This document shows, piece by piece, positions 48,756 to 61,390 of a DNA stretch of 64,000 nucleotides (its first letter is position 1; the number at the start of each line of letters is the position of its first letter). The notes beneath the pieces are model-generated. The model was given only the letters and a program-made list of their open reading frames with translations, was not told the origin of the DNA and ran no database searches. The stretch is taken from assembly GCF_001194135.2 (NCBI RefSeq), contig NC_068981.1, forward strand, positions 79,785,941-79,849,940, in the 5' to 3' direction. This DNA is from Octopus bimaculoides (Eukaryota). A program made the position numbers and the translations under genes.

Positions 48756-50249
48756 CACACACGAATATACACAAAATTATTATTATTATTATAGGTTATT
48801 GTTCAACCCCAGGTGAATCCTGATCTAACAGACCTATGATCAAAAGCATTCCAGCTGTGGCTATTCAGGAATTATATTAACCAATATGACCTTCCTTTTA
48901 TGAAGACACTAGGGTGTGATTTGAGGGAGAAAATTAACAGCTATTTTTAACAGATTAAACCACATAAAAAGATCCCTAATTACTTTGTATAATAAAATAA
49001 TATAATATATTATATAATATAACATAAAGTTATACAAATTAACACACATAGAAGCATATTTATATGTGAATAAAGGCAGCAGCTTATATTCTCCTAAAGT
49101 GTCTCCTTATGCAATACAGTTCTCAATAATTCAGTTTAAGTTGGTACCATAGAATGGAATACTGTACTGTTAAAATCAACAGTAACCATGTAAAACCAAT
49201 GAGCTTTTAACAGCTTTCTGTGAGAATACAGATATTCTAGTAGGTTTGTGTCATGGAAGAACTACTAACAGTATGGCTTTAAGTCTTCTAACACATTGCT
49301 ATGGATGAATAAGGTCACTACTTTATGGGTGCTTTGGAAAAAGCAACAGTTTATGCCACAGTGAAAACTCTTGAATGAAATCTCTTGGACTGGCAATTTA
49401 ACTTCCTCCTGGTAGCCACTGTAGATAATATACTTCTACATGTCCTACAGTGTATCTTCTGGATGACAATAGTAAGGCCAAGACATGTGGGCAGTCCAGA
49501 GTTTCCATATATAATATTATGCAGGGGAGACCAGTCCAGTGGATCACTGCTTCATCATAACTGATGAAAGCTGCATATTGCATACTAGGAGTGAAAGCAA
49601 AATTATTCGGATTTCATCAGCTTTTCAAGAAGTTTCATCCTTTGGATTATAACGAAAATCAGTCAATAAATAATTTCTATTAACTGTTTAATAATTATAA
49701 TCACAATTTAACTGTACCCCTTAATATAATAATGCATTTCTTACAGCATTTTTTTAAGAATTGAAGTTCAGTGCAGACAACTGGAAATATCAAGAAGATC
49801 TCATTGAGATAATTTGAACTCAAAAGGATATTAGAAAGCATTGAGAGTCTTGATGCTTTTGTTAATATTTCAGCAATTTGCAAAGACATGGACTTAGCTC
49901 CATAGAAACTGACTTCTATTTTAAACTATGTAACTTGATATTTCTTTAGGTTAGCTTAGAAGTATATTTTTAGTGTAGTTATCATTACATTAACTACCTA
50001 ACAATCATATGTTACATTTTCATTTTGGCAATGAGTTAAACCATAATTGCTTTGTATTTACATAATATTTAACCCTGTTTAGTTCATCATTATCAGTCAC
50101 AAGACAGTTCTAGTAAACTCATTTTAGGTAAATTTGTGATGAAAAACAACAAAAACAATGAAACAAAAGTACACAAAGTATGCTTTTGTTTCATTGTTTA
50201 AAGTATGCTAAGAAGAGAGGTATCAACATTTCAAATAAGTTAAGTTTTT

Positions 50250-51340
50250 GTCAAGATAGCAAAGAAGAGAAAATATTAAAAAAAATTATAGAAAACTGTT
50301 TTACCAGTGATATTGAAAAATAACACAAATAATGGTTGACAACGACAGAAAGGATGTGAGCAGGAGTATATAGTTTCTGGCAGAGGAGAATGTAGTGGGT
50401 GGTGAGTGATTGTTGGTCCAGCACAAAAAAAGAATGGAAACGAATGAGGTGACAAGCAATGTGAATGGCAGTATGTATGTTGAGTAATGAGTAGAAAGAC
50501 AAAGTGGGTGGGTGACAGTGTGAATATAGTGTTATCTATGTAGGAGTAGTAGATAAAAGAGTCGGATGATGCAAATGTGCGTAAAGGAGGAAATTAGATG
50601 ATAACTAATCCTTTCATTCCAGCAGGTGCAGTCATCTTCAACGGGAAAATGAATTGTTATTCCATGAGGAGTTGGGTGACATATGACTTTTGATGTTGGA
50701 AAAGACAGTGAGCAATGGAATAAGGACTGGGAAGGTCAGTGGAGCTGATAAGGGCTTGCAAATGTTTCTTTTGAGATCTCTTGAAATTGCACATTCAGCA
50801 GATGCTCCCTTGACCAGTTTCATCTATATGTAAGGGACCAAAACGTTAGAGCTGCAAGTGACCTGACCTGGGTTTCTTCTAGAAGCAAAGACAGGTTTGA
50901 CAGTAGGAGCATTAACAAGCAGACTATCTGGATATGATATGAGGAATGAAGGAAATCTGGACTATTTAAAGGATAAAAGCTACTCTGGATATTTGTAGAA
51001 CATGGTAGAGTCAGATGTGAAGGAATGGAAATTATTGTGGATAGATAATTATGTTCCAGAGATTAATTGGTGGTGGGGCAAGTATGAGAAAGGAGAATAC
51101 AAATACAGTCAGCAAAATTATGATACGGGACTATGTCAGGATCATGATGATGGAGAAAATAGTGGAATATTATTGTAAACTACTTGCTGGTTACCATAAA
51201 ATCCAGATCTCTCTATATGCCACCTTCCTCATCCCAGAGAAATACAACTGATATAGGCAGCAACTAATGACCATACAGCTCAGGGGTGGGAAATGGTGAA
51301 ACGAGAAAATCTGGACTTCAAGGTAGCTAACAAACAAATT
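50250..51340 (-). mobile_element. Highly degenerate non-LTR retrotransposon remnant
   Basis: Strong purine/pyrimidine strand bias; the minus-strand NNSFSR..LE segment resembles the LINE C-terminal NSFFPR..WN motif. Weak. Confidence 0.35.
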
Positions 51341-51499
51341 AGTGTGCATTATTACTCCATTTTTTCCCTCAAATGCAATAACAACCAACACCACACACTC
51401 TCATTATTGATCCTACTTCTACCCCACTGCCCATTCCCATCATCCATCCAACAAACCACATTCGCTTCTTCCAACCTCTCAACCATCACTCCTGCAAAT

Positions 51500-52750
51500 T
51501 TTACCTCTATAATTTCCATTTCCTCCAATATGATCCTGCAATTTCCACATCTTTCCAGAAAACCCTTTCTACTTCTTGACACATGTTCACAACTAGTGCA
51601 GCCTTTAAGGTCCATAGCCCCAACTCCTTACCACATCCAGCCTGCATCACCTACTTGTTTACTCTCATTTTGTAACAAACTTTCCCTTCATTCACATTAT
51701 CTTTCTGCACAGTCCCAGGTCCATTTTCCTAATCATTGATCAGTTTTTTTGCACCTCCAAGAATGCAACTTATTTCATTAAATGCCAACATAAAAATTTT
51801 TATATATATTTATATATATATATATGTATGAAACCAATCAAAGGATAACCGCTCAGTTCAGAAAGCATCTACTGGACAGACAACAATACTGGCAGATCTC
51901 AACAACCACTGTTTGGAACTTTAACTCTACAAGGCATTCCCATTATCATACTGCCACTTGTTGGCCTTTCCAATATCACAGAATAAAGATTGATTTTTTT
52001 CTCTGTTGGAGATGGCTATTCCAACTGGAATCAATAGCTGATTAGCTTTCCTCTGAGCCTGCCATACAGCTCTATCAACATAGGCATTCACCCCATCTGA
52101 ATCTTTCACCAAACAATTCACACAAATATGCTTACTATATCCACACAAATTTATCTCATTTCACCTAATCACTCCAATGTTTCTTTCACCAACATATTCT
52201 CAAACACATAGTAACAATTTCTGTTACCCACTCACTCAAACATAAGTACAGCCATTCACATATGTTACTGCTTTCTACTTCATTCACTCACCATTCAATA
52301 CACTCTTCTCTGTCAGAAACCTCATAGTTCAGCCCACCACTGTTCTGTCATTGCTTCCCATGCCTCTTCAATAATACATGTAAAACTTTGCTTCTGAAAA
52401 TTTTTAATACTTTTTCCGTCCCTTGCTTACAAAAGGCATTCTTGTTCAAAACCTCTTTTCTTCTTGGTGTAAGTACACCAACTTTATACACCTTCAGTTT
52501 GCAGCTTTTGTGGTTTTTTTAATAACGAATTTGATTATCTGAATTGTATTCACTGGTGCAGACCATCAATGACTATTTGGATTCTGACTTGTCTTAATTT
52601 TATAATGCCAAGTTTTTGTCTGTTTTAGTAGTTGTACAATATTTATTCACTCTATTACTATTATTCTTTCCCATTATACATCCACACCACTTCAGTTTTT
52701 TATTAACCTAAAAGATGATCTTAAGCTCTAAAACCTTAAGTATTTTCTTC
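51500..52750 (+). mobile_element. Degenerate Penelope-like element (GIY-YIG endonuclease end)
   Basis: ETNQRITAQFRKHL..TTVWNFNSTRH and PTGIN resemble Penelope YIGETxR.L..RF.EH...HFN...H...PxGxN; a decayed CTGAAGA..GAAAC-like motif lies near 52708. Confidence 0.55.
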
Positions 52751-52989
52751 AATTAACTTACACCGCACGCATGCATGTATACACACACACACACACATTT
52801 GTTTTTACAAGCTAATATGAAAAGCTTTGAAAATTTATATATTTGCTAAAGAATTTCCACAACATGTATCTTTAGCATTCAGTTAAGGAGAAAGCCAATT
52901 TTTCACAGCGACAGACTGAGTCAATCCTACTATGTCTATTTGTCATGGAGGGCGAAAACGTTAACAGCCAACCACCAACCTATTGCTCT

Positions 52990-54070
52990 CATTTCCAGTA
53001 TTTCAAAAATAATGGTGCTGATTGTAAGCAACCAGCTCCTTCATCACCCTAGGTCTCTCTCAAACCTAAGTGATTACTGAAACATTTCCTGTAGAGTCAC
53101 AGCTACCATGAGATTTATTAGGCACTAGAAGTCTTTCACTTAAGAACTTCAGTGAAAATAAGGTTGTTGCTCTAGACACAAGTAGAGCTTTTGTTTATGT
53201 CTGGTATGGAGCCATGGGCTATTTCATTTCTTGTTTCATGGATTAGAAGTTTTTGACCATACCTCTCCATTGCAGTATGCACTGACAGAACTCTCAGCAA
53301 AACACATTTTATGATGAACTCTAGTGCACTCTAAGGGTCAGTTGTGTCTCCCACAATTTTCTTTCTATATATTAATGACCTACTAACTCACACTTCAAAT
53401 CATACATTTGTATAACAATGATACTTGCCTTCTCTCTTTATCCTACATACACACATACACATTATTTAAGTGGAACCAATACAATATCTCAGACCTGTAT
53501 TGCTATCTTGAACAAAGACCTCAGGAAAAAATCTTTCAATGGATATCTAATATAGTCTCTATTAATACAACCAAAATAAAATTACTATACAAAAAAAGGA
53601 AACTAGCTTGAGCCAAACATTATACAAGAAATAAGGTGTCCTAAAAAGATTAAAAAAACACAATATCAGGACAAACTGATATTTATATACTTTTACTAAA
53701 AGTATCCCAAACAAATTTCCTGTTCATGACTAGAAATTACTTCAAACCTAATCAGTTGCTGAGCCTCTACAAAGTTTATGTGTGATTCCCATTTGAGTTC
53801 TGCTGCTACATGTCACAAACAATCTAAAATAAGAAGGCTATTTGCTGACTGGTGAAGGGTCACTCACTATAATTACTGATGCTGAGAAAGTGTTACTTTT
53901 ATCATTCAACAATGGCCCCTGCTCCTCTGAACAAGCCAAATCTGCCCAAGATAACCTGAAGCATCCATCTCTCCTCCTCTGACCACCACTACTCGCCTAC
54001 CTATCACTACCAATGTATACTAAGCACTTTGCAATCATTCTTTCCTTCTGAAAGCTGGAAGATCCTGTAA
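52990..54070 (+). mobile_element. Degenerate CR1/L2/jockey-like RT
   Basis: VVALDTSRAFVYVWY (cf. ALDISKAFDRVWH) and GSVVSPTIFFLYINDL. Confidence 0.75.
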
Positions 54071-55208
54071 TGAATCTTCTCCTGATATACATACTTTTGC
54101 ACATGCTTTCCTACAGAAGTTCAAGATGAAAATACAGCACACCCATCTCACCACCATAAAAGCCTACAAAGGGTATGGAGACTGTTCTTCCACCTCTTAC
54201 TAACTAAAAGGAAAAAAATGAAAATAAATAATAAAATCGAAATTGCATTTTACCAAAAAAAAATTAATAAATCTGCAGTGTACACAAAAGCGGAAAGGTG
54301 TGAATAGCCAATTGGAAACTTTTAAAATACACCGAGTCTTAACATTAAATATTTATTTCTAACAGAAGTGCCAGGCCACAATTTAAGTAGAATATTAAAT
54401 ATATGTGCAAGAATTGTGCTATATATATATACATATATATATATACATATAAATATATATATATATATATATAAAATACACACATACACACACACAAAAT
54501 ATAAGTAAATAAACTTGCAATTTCTTATTTTCTTTTCTATTCCAATTTTTGTTCCAACTGCATTGTAATAAAAATAATATTCAGCAGCAAATTTTAAAAA
54601 AGTAAATAACAAAAAACTGAAAAGCTAAATAAAAAAAAGTTTTAAATTAAAATGAAGAAGCATATCAAAAAGCAGTACAAAAAAGCATTTGCAACAGAAA
54701 GAAATAAAGCAAAGAATTTTAAAGTATCATGTTTCTTAAAGTTTACACAGCTGGCACCTTTCAAACTTACATCCTATAGTTAATATATAAAAAAATATTA
54801 TTTAGCCTCAACATTATATTTTTATATGGCTTTTCCAGCAAAAGTATTTGAGATTTCTGGTGTAAAAAATTAAGTAAATATTTTCACTCAAGTTACTGTT
54901 TACGCTATTCTTAAATTAATTGAGTCAATTATATTAGGTCAGGATTATTTTAGGGCTTTTTGTTTTTGTAACCTTGTATGAGAATAAATATATAATAAGA
55001 ATCACCTAACCAAAATCCCTGTTATATAATTCACATTGTTATGGTCCCTAGTTGAAAACTGAGAAATAGAAAATGACTGTGGTATAAGCTAAATATAAAT
55101 TAAAACTGTTATTAAAAAATATAAGCAAAAAAAAAAAAAGCATTTAATACAAAACTCTCAATTAAGATTTTAGAAAACCATAAGGAAATGAAAATATATA
55201 GAGCTTAC

Positions 55209-55333
55209 CTGTTAGGTTTAATTTCAAAAAGAGACTGTGGATTCTGTTCAATTTGTTCAACTTCTGATACAAATTCTTCAAATAAACACTCTAGTTCTCG
55301 GCTCATTTGTTCAATCAAATCTGCTTGTAATTT
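55209..55333 (-). CDS. SOAT1: SOAT exon B (125 nt): KLQADLIEQMSRELECLFEEFVSEVEQIEQNPQSLFEIKPN-R
   Basis: ctacag acceptor, AG|gtaagc donor; resembles ELKPFFMKEVGSHFDDFV; phase matches exon C. Confidence 0.85.
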
Positions 55334-56863
55334 CTGTAGGAATACATTTTGGTGTTGGATTTTAAACATTTTCACATAACTATACAACAGAGTTTATAGT
55401 TGTACAGTCCACACTAAATTTTAACATTTTTCATTAATCAATTAGTGCAATAAGATTTAACCATTTAAATTTTATTTTATTTACTTGTATGAAAAGGAAG
55501 AAAAACAATCATCATAGCCATTTTAGGCTTCACTAGACTAAAAAATAAAGATAATTTGAATTGCTAATAGACATGGGTTAAGAAAGAGTGCTAGGTAGAT
55601 GCAGTTCTGGAGAAGATGTGAAAAGGAGTATACTACAAAGTTTAGAGAATAAGACATAAGATGGTGGTAAGAGATTAAAGTAAATTTAGATGAGATAGAA
55701 TTGAGTTCTGAGCTCAGAAGAGAAGTAGCTACTGTGTTATAGAGACAGAAAGAGGATATAGGTTGATAGTGGGTGAGTGTTGTTCCAAGATGTGTGAGCA
55801 ATACTCCAGTATAAGGTGTACTTTTCCTCAGTAAATAGTAGCAGCTATTGAGAGTTACTTTAACATAAAAATTTAAGGTAGGCAGAAATTAAAAAAATTA
55901 TAGAACACAAAGACCATAATATTAATATATTTTTCGAGCTTCACAATTAGTAAAGGACTCAGAATATATTTCTTTAGGTTTACATAATTAGCATAAGTTT
56001 CAAACTTCACAGCTAGTGAATGTTTTCAAAATATATTGTTATGTCCATAATGTTAACATATTTAAAACTTAGTAGCTGGCTAGTAAATAACTCAATATAC
56101 ATTTCTTTTATTTAATTGACTTAAAAGAAATTGATTTCAGTCACATTGCATTGCCAGTAATGATGTATTTAGTGCATATTCTTCTGTAGATACACACACT
56201 CACCATGCTGATCTACAACAGAACTAAACAGGGTTAATATTAGTGTAGGGAATGTTGAGAAGCATATGCACTGATAGGAAATGTATGAGGCATTCATCTA
56301 AAGTAAAGTCAGTTAATGAAGCTAAAGAGACATGTGCGCAGTTCATTGTCAACAGTAAGAAAAAACATGTATATAGATACTTCAACACTAAATTATGCAA
56401 TTATTTTTTGTCAAAGGTCAGTAACACATATTTGGAACATTTCGTTACAGATTTTGTTCCAATACCAGTATGTCAAAAACTGAACAATAAACATATCACA
56501 TTTGTCACATTCTACATTTGCTGCATTATATAAAGTCACTTGAATCTAATGATGTCTTAACTTTTTTAAGATATGTTTGTAAGTGAACCCAGAATTTGCA
56601 TTATAGGCTCTTGTGTTTTTTGTTAAGTCAATATAAAACTTTGTATTAAAAATAAGCAACAGTGACTAGAGTGTAATTCAATATAAGTCTTTATCACAAT
56701 TTTATAATATATTTAAAATTGTAAAATTATGTAATCACTGATTTGTTTCTCCAGGCAACATAAGATTACACATCAAAGACTAACTGATTCAAAGTCTTTA
56801 TAATTCAATAATTTCCATTCTAAATAAATAACCAGCAGCTTAATAATCAAGAAGCAAGAATAT

Positions 56864-57764
56864 TATTAGGTTGTCAAGAAAGTTCTTGCAGAATTTTTAA
56901 TTTTGGTTTTAAATGATGTATTTTCAAATTAATTTTCGTTAAATTACTTTTTAAAGCCCGTTTTTCGCTCTATCTAATCGTGTTACTCCTTTTCTTTTTG
57001 AATAGTTTGGCCATTTTTTCTGGAATGTTGAATACAACATGGACAAATTCGCACAAGTTTTTTTTTTCCAGTTCAAGCTAGGCCAAAAAGCTGCTGAAAC
57101 AGCTTGTGATATCAAGGATGTGTTTGGCCTAGGAACCACTAATGAACATACAGCACAATGGTGGTTCAAGAAATTTTGTAGCGGTGACGAGAGTTTTGAA
57201 GATGATAAGTGTAGTGGTCGGCCATCGGATGTTGACAACGATCGACTAAGAGCCTTAGTTGAAGCCAATTTATGCACAGTTGTTTGAGAGCTTGCTTCTG
57301 AATTAGACATAACGTATACAACAATTTCCAACCACTTGAAAGAGATTGGAAAAACAAAAATACTTGAGAAATGGGTGCTGCACGAATTGAATGACAACCA
57401 AAAAAAAAAGAAGAAAAAAAACCCTGTTTTGAAGTGTTGTCTTCCCTTCTTTTACACAACAAGAATGATCCGTTTCTCGACCAGATTGTGACTTGTGATG
57501 AAAAGTGGATTCTTTACGACAACCAACGACACTCAGCTCAGTGGCTGGATGCCGACAAAGCTCCACGGTACATCTCAAAGCCAAAGTTGCGCCCAAAAAA
57601 AGTGACTGTTTGGTGGTCTGCGACCGGTCTCATCCATCACAGCTTTTTGGATCCAGGCAAAACCATTACGGCGGAGAAGTACTGTCAGCAAATGGATGAA
57701 ATGCATAAGAAACTCCGACAACAACAGCCAGCATTGGTCAATAGAAAAGGACCAATTCTTTTCC
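56864..57764 (+). mobile_element. Mariner transposon, 3' end lost in a gap
   Basis: TIR tattaggttgtcaagaaagttc; HTH region FKLGQKAAETA..QWWFKKF..SGRP; IVTCDEKWILYDN; frameshifts. Confidence 0.93.
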
Positions 57765-58466
57765 NNNNNNNNNNNNNNNNNNNNNNNNNNNNNNNNNNNN
57801 NNNNNNNNNNNNNNNNNNNNNNNNNNNNNNNNNNNNNNNNNNNNNNNNNNNNNNNNNNNNNNNNNNNNNNNNNNNNNNNNNNNNNNNNNNNNNNNNNNNN
57901 NNNNNNNNNNNNNNNNNNNNNNNNNNNNNNNNNNNNNNNNNNNNNNNNNNNNNNNNNNNNNNNNNNNNNNNNNNNNNNNNNNNNNNNNNNNNNNNNNNNN
58001 NNNNNNNNNNNNNNNNNNNNNNNNNNNNNNNNNNNNNNNNNNNNNNNNNNNNNNNNNNNNNNNNNNNNNNNNNNNNNNNNNNNNNNNNNNNNNNNNNNNN
58101 NNNNNNNNNNNNNNNNNNNNNNNNNNNNNNNNNNNNNNNNNNNNNNNNNNNNNNNNNNNNNNNNNNNNNNNNNNNNNNNNNNNNNNNNNNNNNNNNNNNN
58201 NNNNNNNNNNNNNNNNNNNNNNNNNNNNNNNNNNNNNNNNNNNNNNNNNNNNNNNNNNNNNNNNNNNNNNNNNNNNNNNNNNNNNNNNNNNNNNNNNNNN
58301 NNNNNNNNNNNNNNNNNNNNNNNNNNNNNNNNNNNNNNNNNNNNNNNNNNNNNNNNNNNNNNNNNNNNNNNNNNNNNNNNNNNNNNNNNNNNNNNNNNNN
58401 NNNNNNNNNNNNNNNNNNNNNNNNNNNNNNNNNNNNNNNNNNNNNNNNNNNNNNNNNNNNNNNNNN
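57765..58466. other. Assembly gap (702 N)
   Basis: N run. Confidence 1.
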
Positions 58467-58946
58467 ATATATATAAATAAAGGAGAATAAGATAATATTA
58501 GGGTAATATAAAGGAAAGAAGATGGATGTAGGATTATTGTACAACTAATTGAAAATAGGTATATGTTGGTAACATGTTTACCAATATATGATTTTTTTAG
58601 ACAGCTTAATCAAGAAGAGAAATGATGTTGATTATAACCTCCCAAGACAGATGGAGGGAGGAAAGGGAAGAAGAAACCATAATCCATGAGTTGTTGCAGT
58701 GTGAATCAAAGCATTAGAGTATCAAGTTATGTTCAAATCAGAGACTTGGTTCAGATGCTTTCAACAAAGTGGATTCTGCTAAAGACACTAAAATGCTTGG
58801 TTAGCCAGTTCAATGTAAGCAATGGATTAGGTCTACCAAGTAAAACACTTGCCCACTGAAGTGCACAGTGAGATTGAACCTGTAACCATTTGACTGTGAA
58901 ATGAACATAAGATGACTGTGCATATCTCAGCAAATAATTCAATTAG

Positions 58947-59149
58947 CCCTTTAGCATTTAAACCAGAAAAATCCAGCCAAAATATTCTACTCATTTTATG
59001 TTCAAACTGGTTATATCTGGCCTCTCACACCTACCCTACAAGGTCATTCTAAAAATAAAAATCACATCAACAGAATCTCAAAGTTACAAGATAATGTACA
59101 ATTAATTTAAAAGTATTACATTTGACAGAGTAATCTGAATGCTAAAGGG
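58947..59149 (+). mobile_element. piggyBac-type MITE
   Basis: TTAG-ccctttagcatt ... aatgctaaaggg-TTAA. Confidence 0.82.
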
Positions 59150-59185
59150 TTAACAAACCTAATGCAAGTAATTTAATATACGTAC

Positions 59186-59262
59186 CTCTGCCCGGTCTCG
59201 AATTCTTTGTAAATTAACTTGCTGTTTTAGAGGTGTTGAAAATGATGTTGCTTGACCGTCTT
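59186..59262 (-). CDS. SOAT1: SOAT exon A (77 nt, phase 1 to 0): xDGQATSFSTPLKQQVNLQRIRDRAE
   Basis: tttacag acceptor, GAG|gtacgt donor; joins exon B in frame (RAE|KLQ), like the human AEAE|ELK junction. Low sequence conservation, so less certain. Confidence 0.72.
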
Positions 59263-59319
59263 CTGTAAAGATGTAAATTAATTTATCTTTTTAGTTAAAC
59301 AAAAGGAAGAGAGGGTTAA

Positions 59320-59880
59320 CCTCCAGTTTTTGACTCGAGCAAAAAATGAAAAAAGTGTAATAGGTGTAAAACGTGGTAAATGAATATGAAAAAAAAAATG
59401 CGCGCTGGCGAATGGGCGGCACGGGAGAAAGGACTGGGAAAATTCACACAACCAAACTCACAGGATCTGAAAACTCAACGTTAACACCCGGTTACAAAAA
59501 TGACAAAAAAATTAGTGTAATAGGTGTAAAACAACATGCAGTAAACGGATATGAAAAAAAGAAATGCGCGCTGGCGAATGAGGGTGAGGAGAGAGGCCTC
59601 GGAAAATTCACACGACCAAACTCACAGGATCTGAAAACTCAACGTTAACACCCGGTCACAAAAATGACAAAAAATTTAGTGTAATCGGTGTAAAACAACA
59701 TGCAGTAAACGGATATGAAAAAAAGAAATGCGCGCTGGCGAATGAGGGTGAGGAGAGAGGACTCGGAAAATTCACACGACCAAAATCACAGGATCCAAAA
59801 ACTCAACGTTAATATCCGGTCACAAAAATGAAAAACAAAATGGTGTAATAGGTGTAAAACAACATGTAGTAAACTGGAGG
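59320..59880. mobile_element. TTAA-flanked non-autonomous element made of about 3.2 tandem 165-bp units
   Basis: TTAA at 59316-59319 and 59881-59884; TIR cctccagttt/aaactggagg; atgcgcgctggcgaatg recurs at 59398, 59564 and 59728. Confidence 0.82.
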
Positions 59881-59981
59881 TTAACCAAAGAAAGAAGGAC
59901 ACTTAATAGAGGTAATGTTAATGACATGGAAATAGATGTTGAATGAAACTGAGACCAAATCAAACAAAGGAACCTCTACAT

Positions 59982-60590
59982 CAGTATTTCCTAAACTTTT
60001 CGCGCCAAATTGCAATATCGCCCACCAATCGGCCAAAAAATGCTCCATCGCCCACCTGTGTACAAAACCCCCAACACAAAATCCCCTAGGACCCCCCCTC
60101 CCCGTATCATTTGACATACTATATCGTAGACTCGTTGCCCTGTTAGTGCCGTTTGGACTAAATATGCGATTGTTTACAAATCCCTTATTGTAGGTTTAGT
60201 TTTGCCATTAGTGTGAATAAAATTTTAATGTTAACTCTATATTATGCAGACAGATTAACTTCTGGAAACTTGCGCTTTCTTTTACACTGATTTTCATTTT
60301 CCCCAAATGAACCACTGATCAGAACTACCCATGCAAAAATAATTAATGATTGTATTATAACTGAAAAGAATAAGACATGTTAAAGAGAACCATGTGTCTG
60401 GTGCGATGCAGCTAGTGCAGATACATTCAGTTTAAAACTTGTCAACTTTAGCCGCAAGTCTCCTCGTTGTATTACACCCAGTCCAATTCTTTTATGGGAA
60501 AATAAAGTTCCAACATGGTTGAATCCAGATTCAACCAGGTATGAGGTAGGGAAGGCAAGCAAAAGTATTTTCAGATGTTTCCATAGATTG
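59982..60590 (-). mobile_element. hAT (Charlie/Buster-like) transposon 3' fragment
   Basis: TIR-like cagtatttcctaaacttt at 59982; ORF AFPTSYLVESGF...RGDLRLKLT...HQTHGS resembles the Buster/Charlie C-terminal dimerisation region. Confidence 0.8.
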
Positions 60591-61390
60591 GTAGTAGACA
60601 GTTTCCATTATTTAGGTGACTAAGTTAGTAGTGGTAGAAATTGTTCCAAAAGCATAGCTGCTAGAATAAGAATAGGCTGAGCACAGTTCAGAGAGCTTTG
60701 TTAGTATGAAAGGCCACTCCCTCAGAGTGAAAGGCAGATTGCATGATGCCTGTGTACGAATAGCTATGCTACATGGCAGTGAGATATAGGTTGTGACTAC
60801 TGAGGATCTGCGAAGGCTTGAATAAAATGAAGCCAGTATGCTCCAATGGCTTGGTAATGTCAGTGTGCATATATGACCGAGTGTAAGTGATTTGAGATAA
60901 AAACTAGGAACAACATCAAATGTAATGTGCAAGAGAGAAGACTGTGCTGGTACAGTCATGTAATGCATATGAATGAAGACAGTTGCATCAAAAGATACCA
61001 ATCTCTAATTATGGAGGGAACATGTGAAAGGGGTAGACTCAGGAAGATGTGGGATGAAGTGGTGAGAAAGGATCTTCAGATGTTGGGCCTCACAGAGGGA
61101 ATGACAGTTTGCTGTACTTCAGAAGACATCAAACTAAGTAAAATCGTGGTTGTCCTTGCATACAGGCATGTCCCCTGCATCCCTCTCCAGCCAAGTGTTC
61201 CTAATCTTGTGGGTGCTGGCACCATGTAAATGCACCCGGTACACAAAGTGGTTGGCGTTAGGAAGGGCATCCAGCTGTAGAAACCATGCCAAAACAGGCA
61301 AGGAGCCTGGGCAGCTCTTCAGCTGGCCAGCTCCTGTCAAACCATCCAACCTTTGCCAGCATGGAAAACGGATGTTAAATGATGATATGA
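60590..61390 (+). mobile_element. Old RTE LINE 3' part
   Basis: MQERRLCWYSHVMHM..GRLRKMW, then 3' UTR and gatgat tail. Confidence 0.85.

Larger units (their letters stand above)
9057..59262 (-). other. SOAT1: Sterol O-acyltransferase (SOAT/ACAT, MBOAT family) gene span: 14 coding exons, 5'-incomplete in this window
   Basis: Hand-spliced exons give one open frame (1538 nt) with all GT-AG junctions in phase. The translation follows recalled human SOAT1 colinearly ([75 protein letters not shown]). An invertebrate gene would be co-orthologous to SOAT1/SOAT2. Confidence 0.97.

Noticed and set aside
59340-59880. Regularly spaced repeats as a CRISPR array
   Set aside because: The whole 165-bp unit repeats with no unique spacers; there are no cas genes and the context is eukaryotic.
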